64,000 nucleotides of DNA from an uncultured Candidatus Saccharibacteria bacterium (GCA_964490365.1 CAZBAG010000002.1:6411-70410), one strand, 5' to 3'; shown: positions 36,517 through 46,776, numbered from the stretch's first letter. Notes: generated by a model not told the origin, from the sequence alone. A program made the numbers and translations.

Positions 36517-39500
36517 CTATTTCAATATATCAACATACTTTGCTTTGAAAGCATTAACCTGTGAAAGTAAATATTTGTATTCTAGAGAATTTGGTGTGAA
36601 TTTTCCTTCTTCAAGAATAATCAGGTGCTCTTTGAGAGCCTTCATATCACTGCGAATTTTTTTAATACCAGTAGCTTCATCAATACTGTATTGTTTTACT
36701 TTTGTCATCCAATCATCTTTCAGAAGTGTCTCAGGACGATCAAGCCCTTTAATAACGGTAAATGTTGAATCTTGAACATCGGTAATAGCGCCACGTTCAT
36801 CAAAAACAAATCGTATTTTACCTTTTATATTCTCGGTATTAAAAGAATATGTCTTTTCGTTTGCACTCAGAGAAACGACACTGACTCCACTTTCTGAAGG
36901 GCTTTTAACTGGGGACTCAGGTGTGTTAGCTTGAGCTAATTTTTCTTCACGTATTTTTTGAATTCTCTCAAGTGCATCAGCTGGCTTTCTTCTGCCTACA
37001 CTTTCTTCCGCTGGAACAGTTGCTTTTTGACTAGTAGACGGTGAGTCTTCAATTGTTGATGTTATACTCGGATTTACTTTTGGCTCTATCGGATTATCAG
37101 TACTGAAATGTATTGGCTTTCTGCCAAGTTGCTCAGCAATAGCTACTTCATCATACTTTCCATTAAATGCTCCACCTGTTTTTAAGACAATTTCTTTGTT
37201 TAATTTGAGTACATTTTGTTTTAAGAATAGTGATTCTTCAGCGGTTAAGTTGGCAGTCGGTGTATTCAAAATATTTTTCTGCACAAGAAGTTGCTCAATT
37301 AATTCCCTATTATTAGTTAGTGTTTTTACAGCAAATGAGTCAGTTTTTGCGAGAAGTGTTGTTGATGAAAGATCTTCAGTCATGAAACTTCGTGGATTTC
37401 TGCGGAAGCGAAGTACGTCTTCAGAAATTGTTTTTGAAGTATTGATACCAGTAATTTTACCTTCAGGAGAAGTGGTAAATTTCCACTCGCCACGAACAGA
37501 AGGGTTCGTTGCTTCTAGCGGATTTACCACGGTTCTCTGTCCTGGTCTCGTGTCCGCAATGCTTCCCCTTTCTTCTGGTATTGATCCCCTTACTGTGCTG
37601 TTTTGATTTGAAGTATCCAAAGCACCAGAAGTAGCAGGGGTTCGTGATTCAGATAATACTTCCGTTTCAACAACGGATGGCTTTTGAGCTACATTAGCAC
37701 TTTCCATTTGACTTGCATCAAAAAACTTTCTTTCTGACCCTGGAACAGTAACATCTTTTACATTTTCTGGTACATACACCTCCTCAGCACCATTAAGTCC
37801 GGCAAATCGAATAACACCTCTTTGATCGATAGAGAATCCTTCCCCCTTTTTAATAACAGCGCTCTCCTCGGCTTCGCCAGGTTTATAGAAACCCCATTCT
37901 TGTGCTAATTTATTTGGATCTTTCGACAAAAACTCTTGGTATTGTTCTGGAACCGCTGTGCCAAATTTGTCTCGAAGCTTGTCTTGCAAATCGTCGATAG
38001 CTCCAATGGCACCGCGTGCACCGGCCATAACTTTTTCAACCTCGACATTCGTTTGATTAGGGCTTGGAGTATTTGAAGATTCGAGTATTGCACCCTTTGA
38101 TGTACCAAATTCAGCATCTTCTGAAGAGAGACTTGAAAGTAGTTCTTTTGCTTTATTGAAACCTTCTGCACCTTTTTCAGAGATTACTTCCCATACTGCG
38201 CCCAAGTACCCATGTTCTTGTGCATATCGAAGTCCGTATCCAATTTCAAAACCAAGCAAACCTACAGCCGCACCCTTTGTAAGAGCTAGAGCTCTTACAG
38301 TATTTTTTTCATTTTGAACATCGCTGTCTTGTACAAATTCTTTAAATCGCTCAAGAAGTTCTTCTTCTTTTGTTTTTTCTTTAGTAAATCCACCATTCAT
38401 TTCAACTGAAATCGCTGCTTTCGACATCATTTCAGCCAGCTTAAATTCATTGGCGGTTTGTTCTTTTTGATTACCAAAGTTAATACGTCCATCGCGCATT
38501 AATTCTTCGGTGACAAAGATTCTTGTTTTTATTGTTTCAAGGATTTTTTGCTTGCTCTTTTCGTCTGTGGTTTTTTCTAATTGACCAACAAGCTTCTCGA
38601 GTCTTCCGTACACGTTTGAAGAATTTGCAGGCTTTTTAAGCCATAGATCATTTGATTCTTTCCCATACCGTTGTCGCAATTCTTTTTCTGTATATTCAAG
38701 ATTTTTCTTTCGGTATGCCATATAGCCACCAACTGCTGCTGATGCCCCAAGACCAACACCTGTAACAGCCATTGATCTTCCAAGCCACTTAGTTGCAAAG
38801 CCCGCACCAGCAAACAGTGCGCCACGAGTAAAATCATTCGCTTTGGCACCTAACACTTTTTCAACGAAGCTCGCTGACAGTGTTTCCATTTCTGGATTTT
38901 GCGTGATAAAACTGCCAAATCTTACTTTTGCATCTGTGCGCATCATTTCGAGTCGTGCTTTTTTTTCAAGTGTCGTTCTTTCTTCAGAACTTAGATTCGG
39001 ATTTTTCTTCGCCGCTTCATCAAGAATACTTTTTACGTATGACTCTTTTGCACCGGTATAACTTGAGAAGGCTTGTTGGTACATTTCACGCTGTCTACTT
39101 GTTGCAGAAGGTAGTGACCATTCAAAAGGAACTTCACCAAATCGACTTGCTGAAATATTGAGGAATGTTTTTGGTGTTTCAAACTTTTTGTCTGATGAAG
39201 CAGTATCAACGTATTCAAAATACGGAACAAGACGACCTTTTTCATTTGGTTCATAGCGAAGTTCTGGAGTATCAAGCAAGTAGGTATTAAGCGCAGAAAT
39301 ATCTTGACCGTATTCAAGAATACCGCCTGACTTAATCTTTTGAATCATTTGTTCACGCAAAGAAACTTGTCGTTGACCTTTTGCAAAACTCGCACTGAGT
39401 CTTTTCCAAAAACCCATCTTCTTCATTTCTTCTTCATTTTTATCTTTTGAAGCAAAGTCAGTGTCTCGATATATTTTTTGCTCGAGCTTCGAGAAAAGAT

Positions 39501-42321
39501 ACATCTGCTTTTCAGAAGAAAGAGAGAAGAATTCAGGCGAAAGTTTGAGCATTTGCTTTTCAGACAAACTATAGTCTGCTAGTTTATTTTTTACCTGTTC
39601 ACTCGCAAAACCAAAGTCTTCTCTATTTTTTTCAGCATCGTCTTTTGCGATCCTTTCTATCAGAGTCTGATTGTCTCCACCTGAGGGAAGTCCTCGCCCT
39701 TTTGCGATTTCAATAAGTTTTGTCTTGTCAAAGTTTTCATAACCTTTTTCTAAAACTTCTGCAAAAGATTTTTGTTCACGCGCCACTTCCGCTGCACCTC
39801 TCTCTTGTTTTAGGAAGACCTTTGCACCTTCAGAAACCCCTCGTGCGCTTAATTCATATTGCTCTTTTCTTTGAGCGTCTCTTCTACTCATTTCTGCATC
39901 GACTTGATCTTTGTACTTGTTGTAAAAAACCATCTCTGACTCTGTCAAAGAAATTTTTCCTTCTTTAATTCTATCTCCTGTAACAAGTGAATCAACAAAC
40001 TCATCTACTGTTTCTTCTTCTGAGGCTTGTTCAGTAGTACTCTCAGTTGAAACATTTCCATCTCCTTCTTTTTTAAAATCTCCTGCTTTCACATGGTGCC
40101 AAAAGACAAACTGTCTTTCTGTTTCGGTGAGATTTCCGTAAGTTTCAAGACTCCAGCCATTACGCTCGAGCTCTTCCTTATTCTTTTCAAAATCATCTAA
40201 GGCCTGTCTTCTTAACCTCTTTTCTTCGATGAGTTTTTTGATTTCTTCTGGGTTTGCTGGGGCAACTTTTTCTATAACCGATGGTGTGAGCCCTCCTACG
40301 GTTTTTTGTTCAGCAATACGAGAAACATCTGCACTATTTTTATTGTTTAATAAATCGATGAGTTCGCCCTTGGACACTTTACGGGTTGATGAATAGTAGC
40401 TTCCATCATGGCCAGCATATTCTTCTTTAAACGTATAGAAACCTTCCCCTGAAGTAACAGGTGCTGACTCTTTTAAAGAATCTTGTTGTGGGAATTGTGC
40501 AACAACAGTAGGTGCACCTTCTTTTCGTATTTGTTTTTTAAAAATTTCGTCTCGTTCTTCAATTGAAAAATTGAGGATTTCTTCTCGAGAGTAACCAAGG
40601 TCAAAAAGAGATAGGCTGCCAGATCCTTCTTTTGTAGTATCGAGTACTTCTTTTACCTCTTCAACAGATGCACTTTGTTCATCAATTTTGAATGGATCAA
40701 CAAGATCTTTGGCTCCTCCGCGAAAAACTTCTGGACTCAAGGCTGGAGTAACAGGTGGCCAGTGACGAACAACGCCGTCTTTGAGCTGGACGTCTTGTGG
40801 CGGCCAATGATGTATTTTTTCACCACCCTTAAGTGAAGACGCTCTAGACATTAAGATCTCTATGTCTCCATCGATTTTTCTGACTTCGTCTTGATTCTTC
40901 TCCTGCTCGGCCTTTCTTCTGTCTTTTCTAAAAGCTTCAATGAGAAAATTAATATTTTTTAACTCATGTTCACTGGTTGACCTTTTAAAGGGATCCTCGA
41001 GATCTTTCGCCCCTCCACGGAAAGTTTCTGGTGATTGAACAGAGCTTTTATTTTCATTTGAATATTTTTTACGACTCTCGACAATCCATTCATCGCGAGA
41101 CATTTTTTTATCAAGAATATTTTTTCTATCTTCTTCGGAAACAACATGAAGGATTTCGTTTGCACTAAATCCTAATGCTAAAAGATCTTTAGATTCGGGA
41201 ATTTTATTAAGAGAAAATTGTATTTCTTTTTCTTCTGAATCATCGAATGAAGAAATCCAGTCCTTTTTGTTGATATGCGTATGTAAAATAGTATGAATTT
41301 CTCTATCAGAAAGACCAATAACATCTTCATTGGAAAAACCTAATTCATGGAGCGAATCTATGTTATTTCCAAGAGATTCTATTTTTTTTATCTTTCGTCG
41401 TTCTTCAATATAAAAATTAATGTCTTCATCTGAGAAAGCTTCGATTTCTTTTAAATCAATACCTGTATCAATCATTTCAAGTAATGATTCTTTATATTCA
41501 AGATCATTACTTATACGATCAATGAATTGATTGAGGCCTGCTATTCTAGAAGATAGCTCAGTGGTGTCTTGACCTTTATTTGTTTGATCTTTCTCCTCTC
41601 TTGTAAGCTGTGCAATAATTCTTTGTGTTTCAGGAATTTTCTCACGAAGCTTGCTCACCTCACCTTCAAGATTAATGCGCTCACTGACATATAAAATATT
41701 TTCTCTATCTTTACTCTTTTTATTTTCGCGTAGAGCAGCAAGTTGATCTTCCACAATTCCTACTGATTGTTCTTTAGAGTAAGGGCGTTTTCTAGAATCT
41801 CCACTTGCAGTGAAATATCTTTCGGCAATAGTAAGATAACCTTTTGCATGTTGCAATTCACCATTATAGGTATCTCCGTCTTTTACCCTCCTCTGTTCTT
41901 TAATTTCTTCCAATCTTTGTAATACCCTTTCTTTAATTTTAAGATCTCTTTTATTTGGCTCCTTTAACTCTTGAACCACTTGAGTATAAAAGAGGCCTTT
42001 TCTGTCCACGGGCTCTCCGGAACCTTGGACAGCATCGATTAAGCCTAGTTTTGGTGTCGGATTTTCTTGTGTTTTATCATAGAAAACGTGAGCAGAAGAA
42101 AAACCCCCTCCGGCTTTCTCTGACCATGTATCATCGGCAGATTTTCTAGAAACTAGCCCCTGTGAAGGTTCAGAATTGGTATCCTCGACCTCACTTACTG
42201 TTGATACGGGCGATGATTCTTCGGCTCTTTTTCTTCTATATTCAAAGGCTTCATCAGATAGTCCAATTCTTTGCCTCTCTAATCTATTTTTGGGAGCCAT
42301 AATGAAATTATTATACAACAA
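36517..42321 (-). CDS. Giant membrane protein (1934 aa) with charged low-complexity regions and central TM helices
   Basis: Single uninterrupted ORF with no signal peptide. It has long Glu/Lys-rich coiled-coil-like stretches and internal repeats (EVFRGGAKDL.DPFK x2, HWPP... x2). Two or three TM helices occur near residues ~1180-1330 (ALFAGAGFATKWLGRSMAVTGVGLGASAAVGGYMAY, AAVGLLGFEIGYGL). Confidence 0.6.
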   Translation of the reverse strand: MLYNNFIMAPKNRLERQRIGLSDEAFEYRRKRAEESSPVSTVSEVEDTNSEPSQGLVSRKSADDTWSEKAGGGFSSAHVFYDKTQENPTPKLGLIDAVQGSGEPVDRKGLFYTQVVQELKEPNKRDLKIKERVLQRLEEIKEQRRVKDGDTYNGELQHAKGYLTIAERYFTASGDSRKRPYSKEQSVGIVEDQLAALRENKKSKDRENILYVSERINLEGEVSKLREKIPETQRIIAQLTREEKDQTNKGQDTTELSSRIAGLNQFIDRISNDLEYKESLLEMIDTGIDLKEIEAFSDEDINFYIEERRKIKKIESLGNNIDSLHELGFSNEDVIGLSDREIHTILHTHINKKDWISSFDDSEEKEIQFSLNKIPESKDLLALGFSANEILHVVSEEDRKNILDKKMSRDEWIVESRKKYSNENKSSVQSPETFRGGAKDLEDPFKRSTSEHELKNINFLIEAFRKDRRKAEQEKNQDEVRKIDGDIEILMSRASSLKGGEKIHHWPPQDVQLKDGVVRHWPPVTPALSPEVFRGGAKDLVDPFKIDEQSASVEEVKEVLDTTKEGSGSLSLFDLGYSREEILNFSIEERDEIFKKQIRKEGAPTVVAQFPQQDSLKESAPVTSGEGFYTFKEEYAGHDGSYYSSTRKVSKGELIDLLNNKNSADVSRIAEQKTVGGLTPSVIEKVAPANPEEIKKLIEEKRLRRQALDDFEKNKEELERNGWSLETYGNLTETERQFVFWHHVKAGDFKKEGDGNVSTESTTEQASEEETVDEFVDSLVTGDRIKEGKISLTESEMVFYNKYKDQVDAEMSRRDAQRKEQYELSARGVSEGAKVFLKQERGAAEVAREQKSFAEVLEKGYENFDKTKLIEIAKGRGLPSGGDNQTLIERIAKDDAEKNREDFGFASEQVKNKLADYSLSEKQMLKLSPEFFSLSSEKQMYLFSKLEQKIYRDTDFASKDKNEEEMKKMGFWKRLSASFAKGQRQVSLREQMIQKIKSGGILEYGQDISALNTYLLDTPELRYEPNEKGRLVPYFEYVDTASSDKKFETPKTFLNISASRFGEVPFEWSLPSATSRQREMYQQAFSSYTGAKESYVKSILDEAAKKNPNLSSEERTTLEKKARLEMMRTDAKVRFGSFITQNPEMETLSASFVEKVLGAKANDFTRGALFAGAGFATKWLGRSMAVTGVGLGASAAVGGYMAYRKKNLEYTEKELRQRYGKESNDLWLKKPANSSNVYGRLEKLVGQLEKTTDEKSKQKILETIKTRIFVTEELMRDGRINFGNQKEQTANEFKLAEMMSKAAISVEMNGGFTKEKTKEEELLERFKEFVQDSDVQNEKNTVRALALTKGAAVGLLGFEIGYGLRYAQEHGYLGAVWEVISEKGAEGFNKAKELLSSLSSEDAEFGTSKGAILESSNTPSPNQTNVEVEKVMAGARGAIGAIDDLQDKLRDKFGTAVPEQYQEFLSKDPNKLAQEWGFYKPGEAEESAVIKKGEGFSIDQRGVIRFAGLNGAEEVYVPENVKDVTVPGSERKFFDASQMESANVAQKPSVVETEVLSESRTPATSGALDTSNQNSTVRGSIPEERGSIADTRPGQRTVVNPLEATNPSVRGEWKFTTSPEGKITGINTSKTISEDVLRFRRNPRSFMTEDLSSTTLLAKTDSFAVKTLTNNRELIEQLLVQKNILNTPTANLTAEESLFLKQNVLKLNKEIVLKTGGAFNGKYDEVAIAEQLGRKPIHFSTDNPIEPKVNPSITSTIEDSPSTSQKATVPAEESVGRRKPADALERIQKIREEKLAQANTPESPVKSPSESGVSVVSLSANEKTYSFNTENIKGKIRFVFDERGAITDVQDSTFTVIKGLDRPETLLKDDWMTKVKQYSIDEATGIKKIRSDMKALKEHLIILEEGKFTPNSLEYKYLLSQVNAFKAKYVDILK

Positions 42322-42471
42322 ATTTTGACAAAAACCCCAAGCTTTGGTTTATCCACAAATCGATTGACTCTCTTCTTGGGGTAGGATACCATCTTACTTA
42401 CGTGTTGATTTGAGGGTACGAACTGTAAACCAAATTTCAAATATACATTGTGAAATAAAGGTTTTTCTGGA

Positions 42472-43602
42472 ATGTTAATCAACAATAAACCAAAAAGGCT
42501 TATTAAAACACCACAACAAGACCCAGATTCCTCTCAATATAAAAAGTTTTCGGGACGGGTATCAAATAGCTTTAAGAAATGGCTTTTCATTGGAAAAGCT
42601 TCTATCCCTTTTGCCCTTACATTCTCTCTTGTGGTGTTACCTATCGCACAATCAGGTGCTGATGAAGTGATAAAATCAAAAAATTTGAACTCAAATTCTC
42701 AAAATCTTAAGATTTTGAGATCTGAAATGTCACTTGGAACTGGAGGACCTACCGGCGGAGCTGAAATCATGATTGAAGAAAACGCCCTTATGGCAACAGC
42801 GCCAGGAACAGAAGGTGAGAAAACAAAGATAACAAGCTCTACGAACGATGAAATTAGCGTCTATACAGTACGAGAAGGAGATACTCTCTCTCAAATAGCA
42901 GAAATGTATGGTGTAAAAGTAAGCACGATACGAGGATTTAACAACATTCGAAAAGATAGCGATCTTAAAGTGGGACAAGAAATTCTTGTGCTTCCAGTAG
43001 ATGGTGTTGCTTACACGGTAGAAAAAGGAGACACGCTCGCAAGTGTTGCAAAAAAATGGAAGAGTGACGAAACAGATATTGCTATTTTCAATGATATTAG
43101 TGAAGATGGAAAACTAGTTGTTGGTTCTGAGATTATTATTCCAAACGCGGAGGCGCTTCCTGTTGAACCAGTAAAACCAGCCACAGGAACAAAGGTTACG
43201 GTGTCTACAAAAACATCTACTGCTCCAAATGGTAGCTATCCGGCAGGGTTCTACGGCCACCCAGTACCACGAGGTTCTGTAAAAAGCCAAGGGTTCCATG
43301 GTCCATACCAAGCACAAGATCTTGCGGCAAAAGAAGGGACTGATATTGTTGCTTCATCTGCTGGTCGAGTAATTGCTGTTCGATACGGCTGGAGCGGAGG
43401 ATACGGAAATATGATCATCATTGACGATGGACGAGCAAATGTACTCTACGCTCACATGAGTAAAATCGAAGTAACCCAAGGTCAAACGATTTCACAAGGA
43501 GAAAAAATTGGTGAAGTTGGAAACACGGGACGTTCAACAGGTCCACACCTACACATTGAATACCGAGGAAAGAAAGGCCCGATGAAAACCCCAGTATGGT
43601 AA
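42472..43602 (+). CDS. LysM-domain M23-family peptidoglycan endopeptidase
   Basis: N-terminal TM, two LysM motifs (YTVREGDTLSQIAEMYGV, YTVEKGDTLASVAKKW) and the M23 catalytic signature (HLHIEYR with upstream HGP...D and GNTGRSTGPH). Confidence 0.8.
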   Translation: MLINNKPKRLIKTPQQDPDSSQYKKFSGRVSNSFKKWLFIGKASIPFALTFSLVVLPIAQSGADEVIKSKNLNSNSQNLKILRSEMSLGTGGPTGGAEIMIEENALMATAPGTEGEKTKITSSTNDEISVYTVREGDTLSQIAEMYGVKVSTIRGFNNIRKDSDLKVGQEILVLPVDGVAYTVEKGDTLASVAKKWKSDETDIAIFNDISEDGKLVVGSEIIIPNAEALPVEPVKPATGTKVTVSTKTSTAPNGSYPAGFYGHPVPRGSVKSQGFHGPYQAQDLAAKEGTDIVASSAGRVIAVRYGWSGGYGNMIIIDDGRANVLYAHMSKIEVTQGQTISQGEKIGEVGNTGRSTGPHLHIEYRGKKGPMKTPVW

Positions 43603-43605
43603 AAA

Positions 43606-43633
43606 AACGCTCTCAGTTGAGAGCGTTTTTTAT
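43606..43633. terminator. Bidirectional terminator (aacgctctc-agtt-gagagcgtt with T tract)
   Basis: 9-bp stem between convergent genes, flanked by A and T tracts. Confidence 0.65.
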
Positions 43634-45129
43634 ATATACTCTTTTGGTCGATAGGCCAATGCTTCAAGAATATGCTTGTTTACAATATTGTCACTATTAT
43701 CAAGATCAGCGATTGTTCGAGCGAGCTTAATCACTCGATGGTACGCACGTGCGGAGAGTCCAAGTTTTTCAGCCGACATATTCAAAATCTGCTTCACTTC
43801 AGGAGAAAGAATAACTGTTTTTTCTAAATCTCGAACAGACATTTCACTATTTGTTTTAGCTTCAGAATTTTGAAGCCTTTTGTTCTGACGTTCACGAGCT
43901 CGCAACACTCTTTGTGTAATAACACTACTTGATTCTCCACTTTTTTCTTTGGTACTTAAGAGTTCATAGTCAATTTTTGGAACATCAACCCACATATCTA
44001 TTCTATCGATAATGGGTCCAGAGATTTTCTTTTTATATCTTACAATATCACTTGCCGTAGCATTGTCTGGTGGAGGGTTCATCGCCGCAATAAGAATAAA
44101 ATTTGTAGGAAACACTGCTGTACCTTTTGAACGAGCAATATGTACAACTCTATCTTCAAGTGGTTGCCGAAGAGACTCAAGTACTCGTCTATCAAACTCT
44201 GGAAATTCATCTAAAAATAAAACTCCTTTGTGAGCGAGTGTAACCTCTCCCGGCTTTGGAAATGTTCCCCCGCCGATAACAGATACATAACTTGATGTAT
44301 TGTGGGGCGAGCGAAACGGTGACTGTGTTACAAGAGCTCCGTCCAATATTCCAGCAACACTATGTATTTTAGTAATTTCTAAAATATCTTCTTTCGAGAG
44401 TGGTGGCAAAATACCAGAAAAAGCACGAGCCAACATTGTCTTACCTGTTCCCGGTGGTCCATACATGGCAATATTGTGTCCACCAGCAGCCGCTATCTCA
44501 AGCCCGCGCTTTGCAACATCTTGTCCGCGAATATCAGAAAAGTCATTATGTGCTTTTGTTTGCTGTGAAATAATTTCTGTTATAGGTTGGACCACCAAAG
44601 AAAACTGCTCTTCTTCTTTAAGATGGTTAATAACGTCGAGCAATGTTTTTGCTGGGAAAATAGCTATTCCTTCTACAAGAGCGGCTTCTTCTCTATTCGC
44701 GAAAGGAACGAACACCTCTTCGAAACCAAGATCGTAAAGCGTTGTTACAAGTGCCAAGATTCCTTTTACCGGTTTAAGGTCACCATTTAAAGAAAGTTCT
44801 CCGATAAATGCCTTCTTGTCAGGGTTAAAGAGTAGTGCGTCATTAGAAAGCAAATAACCAAGAGCTATCGCTAAATCAAAATATGATCCTTCTTTCTTAA
44901 CCGAAGCAGGAGAAAGGGAAACGGTAATTTTTTGATTACTCTGTTTAGGAGATGTAAGCCCTGAATTTTTGATAGCTGAGCCGACTCGATCACGAGCCTC
45001 TTCAACAGCTTTGTCAGCAAGACCAACAACCGAGAAGTTGTGCAGACCTCTCGAGATATCTGTTTCTATGGTTATCAATTGCCCGTCCAAAACATTCACT
45101 TGAGCAGAATACACTCGTGAGAATGACAT
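43630..45129 (-). CDS. comM: Mg-chelatase-like AAA+ ATPase ComM/YifB
   Basis: N-terminal Lon-like domain, AAA+ Walker A (GPPGTGKT) and Walker B (LFLDEFPE), and a C-terminal ChlI/YifB region. Confidence 0.85.
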   Translation of the reverse strand: MSFSRVYSAQVNVLDGQLITIETDISRGLHNFSVVGLADKAVEEARDRVGSAIKNSGLTSPKQSNQKITVSLSPASVKKEGSYFDLAIALGYLLSNDALLFNPDKKAFIGELSLNGDLKPVKGILALVTTLYDLGFEEVFVPFANREEAALVEGIAIFPAKTLLDVINHLKEEEQFSLVVQPITEIISQQTKAHNDFSDIRGQDVAKRGLEIAAAGGHNIAMYGPPGTGKTMLARAFSGILPPLSKEDILEITKIHSVAGILDGALVTQSPFRSPHNTSSYVSVIGGGTFPKPGEVTLAHKGVLFLDEFPEFDRRVLESLRQPLEDRVVHIARSKGTAVFPTNFILIAAMNPPPDNATASDIVRYKKKISGPIIDRIDMWVDVPKIDYELLSTKEKSGESSSVITQRVLRARERQNKRLQNSEAKTNSEMSVRDLEKTVILSPEVKQILNMSAEKLGLSARAYHRVIKLARTIADLDNSDNIVNKHILEALAYRPKEYI

Positions 45130-45190
45130 ATTTCTATATTAACAACAGATAGAACATTTATTAAATAGATAATTTTAAACGTGTGTAAAA

Positions 45191-45216
45191 ATCCCACACA
45201 GAGTGTGGGATTTTTG
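45191..45216. terminator. Bidirectional terminator (atcccacaca-g-agtgtgggat)
   Basis: Perfect 10-bp stem with A and T tracts on either side, immediately 3' of the DksA-like gene. Confidence 0.6.
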
Positions 45217-45576
45217 TTAGTCGTTCATATGCTCTTTACATGTTCGTGCTGCAGGGTTTGCAAGGAGTCTGTCTTCTTCAATATCTTTGCCTGAAATTTC
45301 ACACTTTCCGAAACTTCCATCTGCGCGCTCAATTTTTGCAAGTGCATTTTTAACATCAAGATAACGTTTTTCAAGTTGCCCCAACATATTTGCTCGTATC
45401 GCAAAATCTTCATCAAAATCTGCGGCGTCATTTTTGTCTGAGACTTCTGCTTCGCCTTCTTTTTGATATGCACCCCAATCTCCTGTTTCAGGATCCATAA
45501 TACCAAGATCAGAAAGTTCCATTTCAAGTTTTGCACGTTCTTCTAAGAGTATTCCTCTTAACGTTTGTATATCCAT
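45217..45576 (-). CDS. DksA/TraR-family C4 zinc-finger protein
   Basis: Coiled-coil N-terminus and a C-terminal CEISGKDIEE...CKEH four-Cys motif. Confidence 0.65.
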   Translation of the reverse strand: MDIQTLRGILLEERAKLEMELSDLGIMDPETGDWGAYQKEGEAEVSDKNDAADFDEDFAIRANMLGQLEKRYLDVKNALAKIERADGSFGKCEISGKDIEEDRLLANPAARTCKEHMND

Positions 45577-45592
45577 ATAGTTATAGTAACAA

Positions 45593-46528
45593 TTATTTAA
45601 TACTTTGTGAATTTATTCTTTTAACAATTTCTTCAACGGAAGCACTATGATTTGTCATAAGAATGGTACTTCTGTCGAGATACACATACGAAAACACAAG
45701 TGTCCCATCTTCATCATATAGATTTCTTGATTCTTTATTAAAAGTAACACCACTTTGAAATTCTCTAAAAAAGATATCTCCCGTAAACGATTTTGGATCT
45801 ATCTGGAAAAGTCGTACGAGGTCATTTGCCATTGAAATTTCCCAATCTTTCATAGCAGAAAATGACTGATTAAAATCTTTTACTTTAAAAATTAAGAAAA
45901 GATTACCTTCATCTTCAACCTTGTATACACCCAGCATAAATTGACCCGTTAGGGTGTTCACAACACTTTCTGGAATTTTTATACCAAGCTTATTAAATAA
46001 GATAGTGACAGGAATAAGTGTACGACCAGCGGCTGCCTGGCTCGTCATAGACATATTGGTAATGGTTTCATTTTCAGCGAAAGAAGCTTTGGCTGTGGTA
46101 TGTATTGTAGTAAACAGATTTCCTCGCGTGAGATTTGTAACATCTGTCTGAGTTTGATTTTCAGAATAAATAAGACTTGGAGATGTAATTGGTGCGACCA
46201 CAGAAACCGGTGCCTCTCTGTTCATAATGGTATATACAAAAATAAGAATACCGGCGACGATAAACATCACACCAAGCAAGATGACAATAAGATTTCGTGT
46301 ACTTGTTGGATCTTTTTGCTCTTTATAGGCTTGTCGTCGTTCCTGTTCGGCGAGAGCAATCTTAATCACCGAACCTTTTTCACGCCGCATAATATCACCA
46401 ATATCGGCAGCATACGTTCGAATACCAACACCAACTTTTTTGGTTTCTGTTGTCTCCTTTGCTCCAGAGGTATCGGTTGTTTTTTCTAATTCATTTTTTA
46501 AGATATCTCTATCTTGATCCAAAGTCAT
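45593..46528 (-). CDS. Membrane-anchored hypothetical protein (311 aa)
   Basis: Single TM helix (LIVILLGVMFIVAGILIFVYTIM) after a charged N-terminus, then a large extracytoplasmic domain. Confidence 0.45.
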   Translation of the reverse strand: MTLDQDRDILKNELEKTTDTSGAKETTETKKVGVGIRTYAADIGDIMRREKGSVIKIALAEQERRQAYKEQKDPTSTRNLIVILLGVMFIVAGILIFVYTIMNREAPVSVVAPITSPSLIYSENQTQTDVTNLTRGNLFTTIHTTAKASFAENETITNMSMTSQAAAGRTLIPVTILFNKLGIKIPESVVNTLTGQFMLGVYKVEDEGNLFLIFKVKDFNQSFSAMKDWEISMANDLVRLFQIDPKSFTGDIFFREFQSGVTFNKESRNLYDEDGTLVFSYVYLDRSTILMTNHSASVEEIVKRINSQSIK

Positions 46529-46600
46529 AGAAATAGTTTACCATACGTTGTTTGTTTTAAGAGAAAGAAAAAGCCCGCTTGCAATTGCAAACAGGCTTCG

Positions 46601-46674
46601 TGGAGGGGACAGGATTTGAACCTGCGACACCAAGACTTATACCCTTGTGCTCTACCAGCTGAGCTACGCCCTCC
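46601..46674 (-). tRNA. tRNA, identity not confidently assignable (3' CCA encoded)
   Basis: The minus-strand sequence GGAGGGCGTAGCTCAGCTGGTAGAGCA...GCAGGTTCAAATCCTGT...CCA has canonical D and T arms. As I read it, the anticodon loop is GUAUAAG (anticodon AUA, implausible) and there is an acceptor-stem mismatch. I may have the register wrong. Check with tRNAscan-SE. Confidence 0.55.
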
Positions 46675-46702
46675 TCTCTAATACTAAGGTCCTTAAACTT
46701 CG

Positions 46703-46776
46703 AGCTGGGGGTGGGACTCGAACCCACGACCTTGTGTATGTGAATCACACGCTCTAACCAGCTGAGCTACCCCTGC
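46703..46776 (-). tRNA. tRNA-Val (CAC), tentative
   Basis: The minus-strand GCAGGGGTAGCTCAGCTGGTTAGAGCG-TGTGA-TTCACAT-ACACA-AGGTC-GTGGGTTCGAGTCCCAC-CCCCAGC-T has canonical D and T arms. The anticodon loop UUCACAU gives CAC. An alternative register would give UCA; it is rejected because genes here are intact under standard stops. Confidence 0.55.

Noticed and set aside
42350-42358. Isolated perfect DnaA box (ttatccaca) between the giant-protein gene and the M23 peptidase gene, considered as oriC
   Set aside because: It is a single box in a short divergent-promoter spacer with no cluster or AT-rich unwinding element. A regulatory DnaA site or chance occurrence is more likely.
46557-46748. 63-aa ORF and the 60206..60412 ORF
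   Set aside because: Both coincide with tRNA genes on the opposite or same strand and are translation artefacts of tRNA sequence.
46703-46776. Possibility of a UCA-anticodon (UGA-decoding) tRNA and an alternative genetic code
   Set aside because: The UCA reading requires an atypical register (no position 26, pyrimidine at 37). All long genes here are intact when TGA is treated as a stop, so code 25-type recoding is not supported.
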